Source of the DNA: Yuukianura sp. NJ FZ-2021 | Taxonomy: Eukaryota | Length of the DNA: 64,000 nucleotides | Assembly: GCA_046563655.1 (NCBI GenBank) | Contig: CM102284.1 | Coordinates: 3,038,001-3,102,000 of the forward strand | Direction: 5' to 3' | Part shown: positions 50,335-64,000 of the stretch, piece after piece | Layout of the letters: each line of letters begins with the position of its first letter | How positions within the stretch are numbered: the stretch's first letter is position 1 | Made by a program: the position numbers and the translations under genes | The notes under the pieces: generated by a model | Told to the model about the DNA's origin: nothing | The model's database searches: none | What the model saw: the letters and a program-made list of their open reading frames with translations, nothing else

Positions 50335-53300
50335 TCACCTAACTTTTCGTTTTACATCGTTTTCGTTGACATACGAACTTGTCTAAGGGTAGGATAAGGT
50401 AAGTGTACAATTGTTTTTTGATAAATAAATTCTCGTTCCCTTTAGACTTTATTCACTTTTAATTTTGACGCGTGAGTATTTTTGTGTTGAACGGTTTCAT
50501 AAGGTGACATGCCAAGGACTTTCGATGTCTCTTTTAGGTGCAGCTTTTGTACTAAATCAGTAAACTTAATGCCGGCATCGGCTAAGGGAAGTACAATCTT
50601 CGGCGTTGGAGTCAGTTGAGGCTTGCGAGGCGTCAAGGCTAATACATTTTGTCGTGCTGTGTGCTTTGTCAAAATTCTGTAAAACATACAAAACGTTACC
50701 CCAAAAGTAGCAGTATAATTCTAGTTCATTACATTGACATAATGTATTGAATTATGCGTATAAGTGCTGGGAGGTTACCCTGGCCAATCGGCGTCTTTGG
50801 TTAGCTTCTTCCCACTGACCAAGAGTTCGTTGGAATTGAAATGCGAAAAGTTCAGGGTGAGTGGATTCTGGCGGTAAATAAGCTCGAACATCCCAGTATC
50901 CGCGTTTCGATCATTTTTCCGATCCACCACCACTAAAAATACAAAGGGAACTCTATAGAAATCACGGCGCGCTGTGATATCGCCGCAGTACTTTTGAGTA
51001 ACTTGATGATAAACTCTTACCTTTGATCGTATCCTCTAAGCATTGGGCACACATCTATAAAATTGAATCTATGTAATGAACTACTTTTGATTGATATTCG
51101 GAATAGTTTGAGATTAATTGATAGTTTTAAGTACAACACTTACGCGAGCTGTGACGCTGGTACTCCCGGCCATACATGGGCAAGAGTTAATTTCAATTAG
51201 CCATGGCTTGAAATCTTCTGTGAACATGTAGTCAGCACCGTATAGTTCGAAACAGTTTTTCTTCGCTTCCGCAGAATCTTGTGATGCGAGCAAAACCCCC
51301 AAGATGCCTTGTTTCATTCCTGGATAAATCACTTTTTCCCACATGTCCAATTTTCCAATCGTCCTAAACGCAATATAAAACAAATAGAAACAAGTTGTAG
51401 TCACTAGCATCAGTAGTTAAAGTAAAATTCTATAAGCTTTAGTGGTCTGGTGTCTTTTCATACTTGAGATACGCCTGGAAGGTATAGCAGTCCCACATGT
51501 TTTCATCCGGCAAACTTGGATCACGATTGTGTGCGTTTGTATATTTACATTGGACTGCATTGTTACAGAGATGAATGCTCTCATGGAAGTCTTCCAAGCT
51601 GAAAGGCTTCGTGCAGAACCGGACATAACTTTCTCTGGAAAAGTTAGAAGAAATTAAATGTAACAAAAGTAAGGAATCGCATCAATGTGATAATTCCATA
51701 ATACAGCGATCTAAATAGAATACTTACTTGGCAAACCAAACTGTAAGCGGCGCCCAGTCTGTAACAATGAACCATTGACGCATGTCGAACTTCGTCTTGT
51801 AAATTAGCATTGGCTTTTCAATATACTGCAAATCAAAGAAATATTATATATTTGTAAGAACCAGTCTATAATTGTGTAAATTCTTAAGATTGGATTCTTC
51901 CTTACCTTCTGAACGACCCAGTTAGCTTCTCTGGCCTGCGATTGATTCAGTAGCCCAAGAATCTTGTCCAACTGATTCATAATCACGATTCCTTTACCAC
52001 GCGACCGGGCACCTAAAATTATTGCAAAACCAAGAGCGTTCAATTAATAATTTTGGTCCGCTTTCGACTTGAATAAAATAGTAATTTACATGCTTTTCGT
52101 CTTACCAGGCTTGCAAATCCAAACATTCATGATCCCATCCGCAGTGATGGTTCCCCATACTTTAGACAGAGTTTGAAGTGTCTTTCTGATGCTGTCATAC
52201 TTTATCTAAAACAGTATACTATTTCAATAGGAACCACTAATTCAAAATCCACCTTCTGCAAATCATACAGCATTACCTTAACTGGCTCCGACATGTCCGA
52301 AGGATTCAGTTTTGATTTTTGGTGAACGACGCCGTAGTACTGGAGAAGAAAGATTTCCCAATGTTGGCTCAAGTAGGCTGGTGGAAGTAGCCAATCGATA
52401 TCTTCATGGTGTCGCATTCGAATGTAATTGTTGACTTGTCGTACAGCAAAGTCAAGTGAGAGACTGTTTATTTTGGATGTTGAATCAAAGACGCCTCTTT
52501 CTGCGTGCGTCTCATAGTTGTTACAAAACCAACGCAAGAGTCCAACGCAAGCTGTTAGCCGGTAGTCGTCTAAGAACGCTTGTTTTTCTTCTTCCATGGA
52601 AAGTCTGTAGCACCGAGGAAAGTACGTACTAGAAACCCCGGGTTCACAGAACCAGTGTAATGACTGAAGGCAAGAGGCTATGCCAACCTGAAACAGAAAT
52701 TATAAAAACTACTTCCGGATTTAGAAGATAGGCAATTGGAGAATTTAGAAAGCATTTGACATCACCTTGGTTGTAAAGTAGGCTCGTGGGAAACGATTGA
52801 TTGTTTGGTCACGTTGCATTTGTACCCATGGAATATTGTCTCTCCGAATGACCCAAATAAAATCTGGAGCATAATTGGCTAGGACACGTTGCGTGTACGC
52901 ATTTTCAGATTCGTCTTCCGAACTGGGTTTGAAGTCCACGTCTGGAACGAGAGGATAAATTATGTCAATGGAAACCTACAGAAAATGTCAAAGATTTTAG
53001 GTCAGGGTAAATTCGGAAATGGACGCGGAGACAGGATCGTGGTGGTACGATTTCCAGCATTCCTACAGAATTAGAAATGCCAAATATAAACTTGCGCCAG
53101 CGACGCAAAGGCGTTTCTAATTTGGAACTTTGTTCCTGATAATGACGGAGAAATTGTGGGGAATGTTCATCCTAAACGCTGGCATTCAGTGACCCAGAAT
53201 CGGGGGTCCCTTGCACCATAACTTCTCCGTTTCCATTAGCAGCACTACCATAACACCAATAATTTTTTTGGGGGATTGCCCCCTTCCAGAAATCGCAAGC

Positions 53301-54063
53301 AGTCATACTTGATCCCATGTTCCAAGAAAATTCAAAGTTTTCAGTTTAATTTTACTTCAATTAAAATAGAACAAACAAAAGCGTTGCAAATTGGCGTCAA
53401 TGCCATAACCTTCAAAAAAAAAAGTCAAATAGACAACAAAAGAGTGAACCAAAAAGAAAAATAAAAAAAAAAAGAAACATATAGTAAATTTAAATTAACT
53501 GACGCTTACAATAAATTGATTTGCTAAATTCTTGTGGTACAAAATCTCATCTCCTATTTCTTAGATTAGATAAACAAAATATCGTAATGGTTCACCTTTT
53601 TGTAAATGCGGCCCGATGATTGACCTCATGTACTGTGGAGTACTTGTATGGACAACTTTCTCTATCCATCCACGCTTCCGAAGTGCAGCTCTAACAGCGG
53701 GATAAACACCTCCAAGACAGAAGACTTTATTCTCCTGCAAAGGTTAAAAACCAAACGATTGCTGTATTTCTGGAGAAGGAATTTGAATAAACTAAAAGAA
53801 TTAACTACTTAAATAAGTGAGTTTACTCTAATTGCTTTGTCCACCGCCGCGATATGATTGGCGTTAATTTGCTTCGACGATTTTTGCGAAGAGGAATTTG
53901 AAGGTATGGATCGTATAGTCCTGGACGTGTCAAAGGTTGTGCCGTTTCCATTGATGTTACCTCTCGACGTCGGCCTCGACTTCCCGGTTGACGAATTTGA
54001 TGGAATTGTGCGAATACCCTTGCTTGACGAGGACGACGACGGCACAACCTTCCCTCCCAACAT
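50335..54063 (-). CDS. TTLL3: Tubulin monoglycylase TTLL3/TTLL8-like
   Basis: Motifs are '[14 protein letters not shown]', 'YFPRCY', '[11 protein letters not shown]', '[14 protein letters not shown]', 'KFDMRQWF', 'HLCNNAVQ' and '[19 protein letters not shown]'. The terminal exon is inferred. Confidence 0.9.
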
Positions 54064-55949
54064 CTCAATTTGGACTGAACAGATGATGGGGCAAACAAAA
54101 ACCTTACAAATACAAACCACACAATCAAAACACCCATACCTGAAAAAAGCAAAAGTAAACACCCACAACAACTACACATCCGAATTTTGTTGCCGCAGCA
54201 CAACTATCAAACTACGGTAAATAAACGCTGCTGCCGTATAAATTCACGAATCATTATTTTAATATGCGGCGAGTGACCGCTAAAAATATCGTTAAAGCAA
54301 TGCATTTTAAATGAAATGTTCTCGTACCTAAGAAAATATTCAAAAAGCTAATACACACAAAAAAATTAAGTCTCGCCTGATTTATTTTCAATTTCAATTT
54401 TGAAAATTGCAATTTCCCCACACAGACACATGTTAATTTTTTAAGATCCCATATTCCATTTTGCGGAACCTATATCGTTATACTAGAAACATTGTTTATA
54501 AAACCAATTATATAAATTATATTATTTATATTGTATATTGATAATAATAAATAACTATATAAATTATTATAATAAACCATACTAATATAATATAAATTTT
54601 TAAAACCCTACCGAACCCAGTTTAACAAAATAGAAGCAAAAACCTGATTTTTAGAAAAATCTAACATGCGACCTTATGGGAAATTACAATTTATAAAATT
54701 TAAAAAAAAATACTTCCAAGACTGACCGAGATTTTTCTTTCGCTTTGCAAAATCAGAAGAGGTACTTGATAGTAAATTCTTACCTTAAATTAAATTACTG
54801 TTGGGGACATTTGTGTTAGAAGGAATGGCTAATTATAATGTTTAACACAAAGTCAACGTATGAATCATTGTCAGTGGTGTGCAGTTCAGTGGCGTGTGTT
54901 GTTGGCGCCTTCTTACTTTCCATTTTGTCTGCGAAAATGATGCGATCAACAGTAAAAGGGGGGAGAGGCAGGTCCGTAGATAATTTTCCACCAATAGATA
55001 CCGAGAGGTGGCATAGCCCTGACTTTTCAGTATGCACCCCTCTGTGACCCCCATCGGCACTACGAGTTGCGTAGCTTCCATCCAACAGCAGCAAAGTTCC
55101 CAATCCAACAAACACTTTTCATCTCCTCCACTTGTTTTCACACAGAACACAGAAAGAACAGACAGAGAGAGAGGCGACGAACGGACCAGAGCCAACAACA
55201 GCTACTGACAGCATCACCTTTAGTCGAACCCACACAAGTGACCCCGACACGACCGCAACCAGCCACCGAGTTCTACGTATTCTAGGGCCCATAAACAGTC
55301 TCTACACCAGTTTTCAAAGTAAACCGACTTGTAGTTTGCCGTGTAGCCGCCTTCAAAGGTCAGGCATGAAAACCAGGATTCAACGATTGCCTTTCAAGCC
55401 AGTGACCAGGACAAGGATTGACCATAGTGCGCAATTAACGGCATACGACGATTAGCAAAGGCTGGCTGTACAATTTTCCGTGACAGGTGAGATACGTTGC
55501 AATCGGTAATGGCCGAATGCGGGCGACCAATTTGAGGGCAATCGCCTTCTGATTTCCCTATTCCATTCCATTACCTCTTTTTGAGCTGCTGATCTCTCTC
55601 CTGTGTATGTTTGATGGTGGCGACATTTGGCAGTGGCGGAGGAATTCCAAAGAACCCGCGTCCATCTCTTCTATAAACAATCCTAATCAATAGTGGGTTG
55701 AGCTATACATATAGACTAGTTAGTCGTAGGGATATAACATATGCATCAGATTAATGCGGATGTCAATGCATTACAGTAAATAAGCGGGAGAGAGAATCTG
55801 TCGTTAGAATATTAATCCTAATTGTTACATGATAATTATGACCTACTGGTACTTTCGAATAACATGGCTTATGGATTTTTTATTTCTAGGATACAATTCG
55901 AGCCTGTGCCCACGATCGATCACGTCCAAGAAAACTTAACCCTTCAACG

Positions 55950-58900
55950 ATGTCCACGACCAGTGGAATACCAGGAGGTGGGCCTGAAAAAGGCGAAGTG
56001 CATACGGAAGCTCCTCAGGCAATAGACCTGGCCCATGGACATGGTCATCACGCTGTTCCCCATCCAATTCATCATACAACGCACGTCTTGAGAGCCAGTA
56101 GCGCTGGAGCTACATCCGTAGTACAAATTAGACCGGTGAAGACGTTTTTAGCTCCGGGTGCAACTTTGGTTGGTGGAAAGAGTGGAGCATCGATGAGTCT
56201 TCCGACTGTCGTTACTGCTTCACATCCTTCAATACTTGTCAACAGAGGTGGTGGACCATTGACGCTAGTACCGAGAGCAACTGGGAGTCAGCTGACTGGG
56301 GTTGCTACGTCACAAAATTTGTCCACGCTCCAATTTGCTCGTGGAACGTTGCTAAGCAGCGTTAGGCCCAATTTGAACACGGGACAACACACGAACATTA
56401 CCGTTACACCAATTTCTGCATCCAGGTAAGACGTTTTTCTTATTCTTTCGAATTTGCAGTTCTAGTCTGCTCTTCTGCCTCGTTAAAAAAACAAAATGTA
56501 ATGTAAATGTATATTCTTCTAGTTTCGGCACATCAATTAGGATAGGTACCCCGGTAAACAACGGCTCCTGGGTGCAAAGCACTGGGTCGCCAGGGACGAG
56601 TTTTACCTCTGTACGACCTACAACGATTCAAGTAACGAGTCGTGCCGTAAGACCGGAAGGCGGAAAAATAATTCACATTCCTCCAGGTGGAAGCGTTCAA
56701 CATTTGACTCACGTAAGGAGAAATTGGTTGTATCGGAAAAATCGGTGTCGGAGTTAGATGTAAGGTTTTACATTAACCCGATTTTTTGTTTTACAGCTTC
56801 AAGTAGTTGACGGCAAAGGGTCCATCTTGAAACCAACAACTCCGATCAGTGTTCGCGGTACTCTTCAACAATCAGGTTCAGGAATTACTTTGGGACCGAT
56901 GCCACCGTTCACTATCCGAGCAACTCCAATTCACAGGCCTCCAGCGCCCGTAATAACAACGTCGTCACCGTAAGGGAAATATTTTTAACAATATTCATGA
57001 ACTTTCACTGTACAAAAAAAAATGGTTTTCAGGGCCCAAAAAGTAATCACTCAACCTGCCCATGGACCTCCAATAATTGTGAACACGAATCAAAAGTTCA
57101 CTCAAATCCAAAATTTTAGTTCTCTGCAACGTATGCCTCCAGTTATTTCAATTGCTGCGAACGGTGAGAAATAATTTCAGTTTTTAAATTAACTAAATAT
57201 CGTGATATTACAATCGCAATTATGCGTTGCACTGTGACTATTCCTTTTTAATCTTTTTCCTCTGATTACGTTGGTTTGGGGAGAAGTGCGAAGTAAATAA
57301 AGAATCTAAAAAACGTCTGGGCAGACCAGAATTTCGTCCGCGGACAAGTCTGGTAACCATCGCCACCGTGCTTGTAACATAACCACTTTCTGATTAAATT
57401 GGGTGGTTACAATGAAACAGCTTTTCATTTTAATACTAGCCACTAAACAAGCAAATAGATTGGGGATACTTATCACATGTTTTTTGAATTTGTTTTCAGG
57501 TGGAAGCACCGTCATCACTGGTTCAACTCCCTCCATCGTTGGTGTGTCACCGAGACAAAGTTCAAGTATAATTATGAGCGCCGCTGCTGGAACTTCCACT
57601 CCAACACAACTCGCCAAAGTGTACCCTATTTCATCCCGGGACATCAACACGACATTAGTCGAAACGTACATCAACCAAGGTCACGTTCAAGTGCAACCCC
57701 AACAAAATCACATTAATTCTCCAACTTTGACTGTAATGCCTAATGCGGTCACTTACAGCAATACTTCTCCTTCAACAATCCGACCATCTTTCGTCATCAC
57801 TTCAAGCCCAAGTTCGCTAAAGACTCTCAGTCCTTCATCTCATCAAATTGTTCAAGTGCAAACCCCGGCCACTGCTAACAGTAACAGTGGAACGTCGCTC
57901 ACCCTTCCGAACTACTACATTGAACCAAAGAATCTTCCAACCAATGTCTCAATTTTCCCTGCAGGGACGAAGCGGATATCTGTGGTTGAAAGCGGGGAAA
58001 AGCGATTTGAAAAGGGGACAGCACTAGTCACCGCTTCTGGTGGGCATATGATTCTTACACCAGCGAGTACATCCGGTCTGTCAGCGGCAATTCCTCAGGA
58101 CTCTGCGACAAGTGGTGGTCTAGTTGCTCATTTCGCCCATCCAATTCCATTGCAAACAACTTCCAGCTCTAGTAGTATTCAAATCACCGCCCATCCTCTG
58201 GCTGTTCACAAGGGCACTCCACTGTCCTCAATCCCACATTCACAAATTTCAATTCATCCACACTCCATTCAAAATGCAATTTCATCTGCCATTATTGCGA
58301 CCTCTGTCACGACAACCATGCTCTCCGCAGGTACTGTCACCTCCACAAACACCTCCGTTGTAACTCTGAGCTTGAGTAACTCTGGAAACAACGGAAATGG
58401 AACAACGGCCATCAGTTCCATCACAACGAGCACAACCGTTTCACCGCCTTCTTCTTGTGTGACGACTTCCATTACCTCAAGTTCTGCTCAGTCTCCAAGC
58501 CAATCCAAATCTACTCTCAGTCCGAGACCATCCATTCTCCGTAAGAGGGAAGCCGGTGCTTGTGAAGCGAACTTTATCCCGCTAAGGGCTCAACGGAATC
58601 TCTCCGTTAACTTTTCATCTGCAGGTAGTGCAGTACCTCCGATTGGACTTGGACTTGGTCAGGGTAATGGCGGTCTCAGCTCCTCTTCGTCACCCGCTAC
58701 ATCAAATGTTCTTATTTCTACAGTATCAAACAAAGAAAACAGTCAAAATACTAACCTCGGTGGAAGTTATGCCAATTCCCTGTCAAATTTTGGTCTCAAC
58801 GTAAATCCATCAAATAGCACTGGAGGAGGCCATCCAGGCATATCAATTCTCAAGAAAGAATTCCTGCCTCCCAATGAAGAGTCTTCTTGGCAGTCCTCAA

Positions 58901-60687
58901 GTTCAACTTCGAGTTCCGGCTCAACCACAATTTCAGCGACTTCTGAGACGGCAGAACTTCCGGTGGGAGACACGGGGTTTTTACCTTATCAACAACAAAG
59001 TCTATCTTCCGTACCAATCCAACAAACTTTGTCGAATGTTTCCGGGCAAGTCCTTCCTAGGATTTCGCAGTCGTCTGCATTGCCTCTTACAAACGTAAAC
59101 CCACTTCAAAATGGAGTTTTTGTAAGGTCGAGACCGCCTACACTTTCAAGCTCATTCACTGGTCTCTCATCGGCGGTCTCCATTGTTTCCGGATCACACG
59201 TAACCCCACCACGTCACAGGGCAGCAGCTTTACCAAAGGGCAGGGAGGCTAAGAACAGGTCAAAAGAAGTCGTGAGTCCAAGGAAGAAACCGCGGAAACA
59301 ACAACTGTGAGTGACAATATGATTTTTACTTGTGAAGATTCGAACTGATAGTTTGTACTTTGTAATATCCCGGTACGGCACGATGGAGTTCATTTTAAAT
59401 ATCAACTCTGTGCTGATGCAACACATAACCCTCGTTTCACAATATTACCCACAGCTGATACTTGAATCTGTGAATCTGAATGCCAGAAAAAAATAACGCA
59501 TGTGACCATGAGTATGAAATTTGCGTTAAAAGTTTCACTTTTCTTTATTTTCGCTTCAGATTTAATAGAGTTGGAGTTGGCAAACCGATTGGTGTGTGCG
59601 ATTAGGCCGGAAGTTCTTGTTCTTTTTCTAATAACTCATGTTTGTTTGTTTCAGAACTACCAGTGACTTCATCGAGTCTTCGTCACCAGAGATCTCTTTC
59701 TACCAATCAAAACGGTTCAAAAGGAGCAACGAACCCGGTTAGTCCATATAATTGTTACTTAAACGATTTATGTCAAGGTATTTTTGAACTGCAGAGTCCT
59801 TACTTAGCTAAATTTTGTAATGCAGGATTGGGGAAAGGTGATAAGGCAATTGACCAATCAGCAGTGGCACCACCCATATCCATCCCACCAATTCCACAAG
59901 CGCCACCGTCCCAACCCCAGGAAGAAAGAATTTTATACGTTATCCAGAAACCACGAACGTCCATCTTCGAAACGAACAAATATGTTCCTAATCTCCGCCA
60001 TAATCATTTCAAGCGATACTCCGATGTTAAACCAAAGGATGAGCGAAGACCAACTATTAGTGACTTGGCGAATCAAAAAAATGTTCTACTCAAAATCAAG
60101 GGTTGGAAGTTAAAACATTTGACAACTCAAATGGACCGAGTGGTTAGTGAACTCTGTCATTCCTAAATTAAAAATTCAAAACCAGAGCCCATAGTAATTT
60201 CAATTTGAAGTTAGTACTTATGCTGTTGTGAAAAATAGTTAAGGCTCCTTGCCTGGTATATTTTGAAATTACTAAAAATTACTTTACTAAAATGTGATTG
60301 GTAAATGTGCAATGACGGTTACCTGGTTTTTAATTTGTAGGTGGAATCAGAAGTAGAAGTTGTTCAGCAATTTAATCGTCTCCTCTTTGAATTAAGTTCA
60401 GAGGACTTCATATCGAATACCAGTTCCAGTCGCGATCTCATCAGAATCGAGGATTTACTCAAGGTAAGAACATTCAAATGTTATGATTGTTGTGTTGATA
60501 AAGCTCGGCGGCTGACTTGATTTTTTTTCTTTCGCAGGGAAATCTCCAACGGTGCAAAGTTGTCAAAGACCAATTGGTAGAATCCAAAAACCAAGTAAGC
60601 AAAGTTTTGGAACACCATCCCCGAATTCTGGAAGTTATCGGAAAGCACATAAGCAAGAGACCTGTGAAGAAGCGTGAAAAGTTATAG
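55950..60687 (+). CDS. SAP130: Sin3/HDAC complex subunit SAP130
   Basis: S/T/P-rich body with 'SPRPSILRKR', 'SPRKKPRKQQL', 'HFKRYSDVKPKDER' and 'GNLQRCKVVKDQLVES'. Confidence 0.9.
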
Positions 60688-61894
60688 CCATTCAGTAATT
60701 TTACCGACATTCCAATGGTGCTAACGTGATGAGGGCTCGAATTGAAGCAATAGTCGACCAAACTCATTCCCGTCGACGCAGCACTGAGTTGATTCTAAGC
60801 TGCTGGGTATTGCCTCCGAAAATATAATAGCACTACCAGGTTTCACACACGTCGCTGAAGAGGGATAAGAAAACGCTCAGTACGGGATGTTTACCGAAGA
60901 TCCTTTTTTTGTAACGCTACTGAGACTTCCGATCACCTGTACGAAGAGAGAAATGGAGCTACTGACAACGCGCTTCAGTGAGAGTATTCCTCTTTGGAAA
61001 TTGGAGAAAACGATTACGACTGACGTTAAATTCAAATAATTTTATTACTTTTAAATAAGGGATAACGAGGCTTTTAAACTAATATAATATTTGTAACACG
61101 TTTTAAAAAAATGTAAACTGAAAAACTTTGAAGAAAAAAATTAACGGAGTAATATGACAGGAACTTGTGGTACAAAGGGAAACTTGGGAAAACTCACGAA
61201 GGTTTCGTTTTCAAACACAGTTGTTTTTGTAAGTTAAAACTAACATCCATTTACCCATTTGAGTATAATGAAGGTAGTGAGAACATTACCAAATATTTGT
61301 TAAATACTAGTAAGCTACCTTAAGATTTATTCCTGTACCTCCGTACTATGGTGAAATTATATTACTACTGTAGCTATTACAATTTTAAAACTTGACGAAG
61401 AAGAGTAAATATTTTTATTTTTGTTTTTCAAGTATCTTTACAATTTACAACTGTGTTGTTACTCATGTAGATGAAGCTAAAACGTATTAAAGGATTTTAC
61501 TAAACTTTCTCTCGATGCATTCTAGTATGTGATTTTCTTAAGATTAATTTCGGAAGTACTCATGAGTTGACAAGTTTGTCGCCAATTAGAAAAGAGTCAT
61601 ATTTTCTACGCTCCAATAGTCGCTTTCATTCTAACTTGTATATTATTGGGAGTATAGCAGGTGAAATTCTCAGAATAATTTGATCAAACATGAAATGATG
61701 AAAACGTGAAAATGGCATTCCTTACGAATGGTAGGTTTAGCTTTTGTAGGGTAGTTTTTCTTACGTTCCATCTTCTCGTTTTTTGACCTTTTTAACCTTT
61801 GCACTTTTTGGCGAAATTATTTTTTTCAGCATATATTGCGTAGAAACTGTTGTAAGTTGTAGTATTTGATGGTATATAAAGTATAGTGCCTCAA

Positions 61895-63722
61895 TATTGC
61901 ATTCAAAAATAATTTTGTGCAATGCAATTAACAATTTTTAGCAACGCAGATTGCAACGTGAATTAATGCATAACTGTTGTTTTGCAATATTATTGCCGCT
62001 GAAATCAACAAAAAGAATGCTGGTTTGACTCAGTATTTTTTGCGTTGTAACACTTTCGGTGCTTCAAAATTGTATTCAAAAATAATTTTATACAATGTAA
62101 TTCACAAGCACTCAGTGCTTAATTTTTAGCAACGCGGATTGCAACGTGAATTAATGCATAACTGTTGTTTTGCGATATTGTTTCCGCTGAAATCAACGAA
62201 AAGAATGCTAGTTTGACTCAGTATTTTTTGCGTTGTAACACTTTCGGTGCTTCAAAATTGTATTCAAAAATAATTTTATACAATGTAATTCACAAGCACT
62301 CAGTGCTTAATTTTTATCAACGCGGATTGCAACGCGAATTAATGCATAACTGTTGTTTTGCGATATTGTTTCCGCTGAAATCAACAAAAAGAATGCTAGT
62401 TTGACTCAGTATTTTTTGCGTTGTAACACTTTCGGTGCTTCAAAATTGTATTCAAAAATAATTTTATACAATGTAATTCACAAGCACTCAGTGCTTAATT
62501 TTTATCAACGCGGATTGCAACGCGAATTAATGCATAACTGTTGTTTTGCGATATTGTTTCCGCTGAAATCAACAAAAAGAATGCTAGTTTGACTCAGTAT
62601 TTTTTGCGTTGTAACACTTTCGGTGCTTCAAAATTGTATTCAAAAATAATTTTATACAATGTAATTCACAAGCACTCAGTGCTTAATTTTTATCAACGCG
62701 GATTGCAACGCGAATTAATGCATAACTGTTGTGTTGCGATATTGTTTCCGCTGAAATCAACAAAAAGAATGCTAGTTTGACTCAGTATTTTTTGCGTTGT
62801 AACACTTTCGGTGCTTCAAAATTGTATTCAAAAATAATTTTATACAATGTAATTCACAAGCACTCAGTGCTTAATTTTTATCAACGCGGATTGCAACGCG
62901 AATTAATGCATAACTGTTGTTTTGCGATATTGTTTCCGCTGAAATCAACAAAAAGAATGCTAGTTTGACTCAGTATTTTTTGCGTTGTAACACTTTCGGT
63001 GCTTCAAAATTGTATTCAAAAATAATTTTATACAATGTAATTCACAAGCACTCAGTGCTTAATTTTTATCAACGCGGATTGCAACGCGAATTAATGCATA
63101 ACTGTTGTTTTGCGATATTGTTTCCGCTGAAATCAACAAAAAGAATGCTAGTTTGACTCAGTATTTTTTGCGTTGTAACACTTTCGGTGCTTCAAAATTG
63201 TATTCAAAAATAATTTTATACAATGTAATTCACAAGCACTCAGTGCTTAATTTTTATCAACGCGGATTGCAACGCGAATTAATGCATAACTGTTGTTTTG
63301 CGATATTGTTTCCGCTGAAATCAACGAAAAGAATGCTAGTTTGACTCAGTATTTTTTGCGCTGTAACACTTTCGGTGCTTCAAAATTGTATTCAAAAATA
63401 ATTTTATACAATGTAATTCACAAGCACTCAGTGCTTAATTTTTATCAACGCGGATTGCAACGCGAATTAATGCATAACTGTTGTTTTGTGATATTGTTTC
63501 CGCTGAAATCAACAAAAAGAATGCTAGTTTGACTCAGTATTTTTTGCGTTGTAACACTTTCGTTGCTTCAAAATTGTATTCAAAAATAATTTTATACAAT
63601 GTAATTAGCAGGCACTCAGTGCTTAATTTTTATCAACGCGGATTGCAACGCGAATTAATGCATAACTGTTGTGTTGCTGATATTGGTTTCCGCGTTGAAC
63701 ATCAACAAAAAGAATGCTGTTT
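61895..63722. repeat. Tandem satellite/minisatellite array, 188-bp unit, about 9.5 copies
   Basis: Near-identical units recur at an exact 188-bp period (62165, 62353, 62541 ... 63481), with degenerate edge copies. Confidence 0.97.
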
Positions 63723-64000
63723 TGATTATTATTGACCCCTAAACCCCTAATAATACCGAGGTATAAACAAAAATTGAAATTCATACATCAATGGAGAAGT
63801 TGGCCATCCGCAAAGAGAGAGGCAATGGAAATGAAATGGAAAATATACTTTTAAATGTAAGTGGACATTCAACTGGATTTTTAGTGTATTGATTTATTCG
63901 ACTGTCGCAATTTTAGGATTTGATGTTTTTCATTCTAATTTTATCAAATTGAAATCTCGTTATTAGCGAGCCTCATCTTTAGTTCACAAACCTTTGCCAT

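Noticed and set aside
61895-63722. CRISPR array
   Set aside because: The units are contiguous near-identical 188-mers with no unique spacers, there are no cas genes, and the context is eukaryotic.
62165-63735. Eight repeated 79-84 aa ORFs
   Set aside because: These are by-products of the tandem repeat. They have non-ATG starts, overlap each other and show no protein-like features.
1-64000. tRNA, rRNA or snRNA genes
   Set aside because: I recognised none by eye. tRNAscan-SE or Infernal would be needed to exclude intronic snoRNAs.

Overview
This is eukaryotic DNA from a compact, gene-dense animal genome with many short GT-AG introns. The gene content suggests an arthropod, possibly a springtail (inference only). 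A 100-N assembly gap lies at 24223-24322. The left half (about 1-33 kb) is accessory or fast-evolving. It holds the 5' end of a FAS-type ketosynthase gene, a divergent ionotropic-receptor-like gene, a small 4-TM gene, SLC22 and SLC16 transporters, an intronless bacterial-looking GNAT, a DCXR-like SDR, REEP, an LRR1/PIF1-PH-domain gene and several MITE-like inverted-repeat elements. It also holds three unusual spliced genes that the ORF track largely misses: a secreted protein with two tandem CSαβ defensin-like domains, a BC-box/Elongin-A-like + HRDC chimera, and a transposase-HTH + degenerate Ulp1-like fusion. The right half (about 33-61 kb) is conserved nuclear housekeeping genes: ZC3H13/flacc, PELP1, BRD7/9, Sororin-like, ARGLU1, TTLL3/8 and SAP130. 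A homogeneous 188-bp tandem array follows them. All gene models were built by hand from splice signals and frame continuity, and all family calls come from motif recognition, not database searches.
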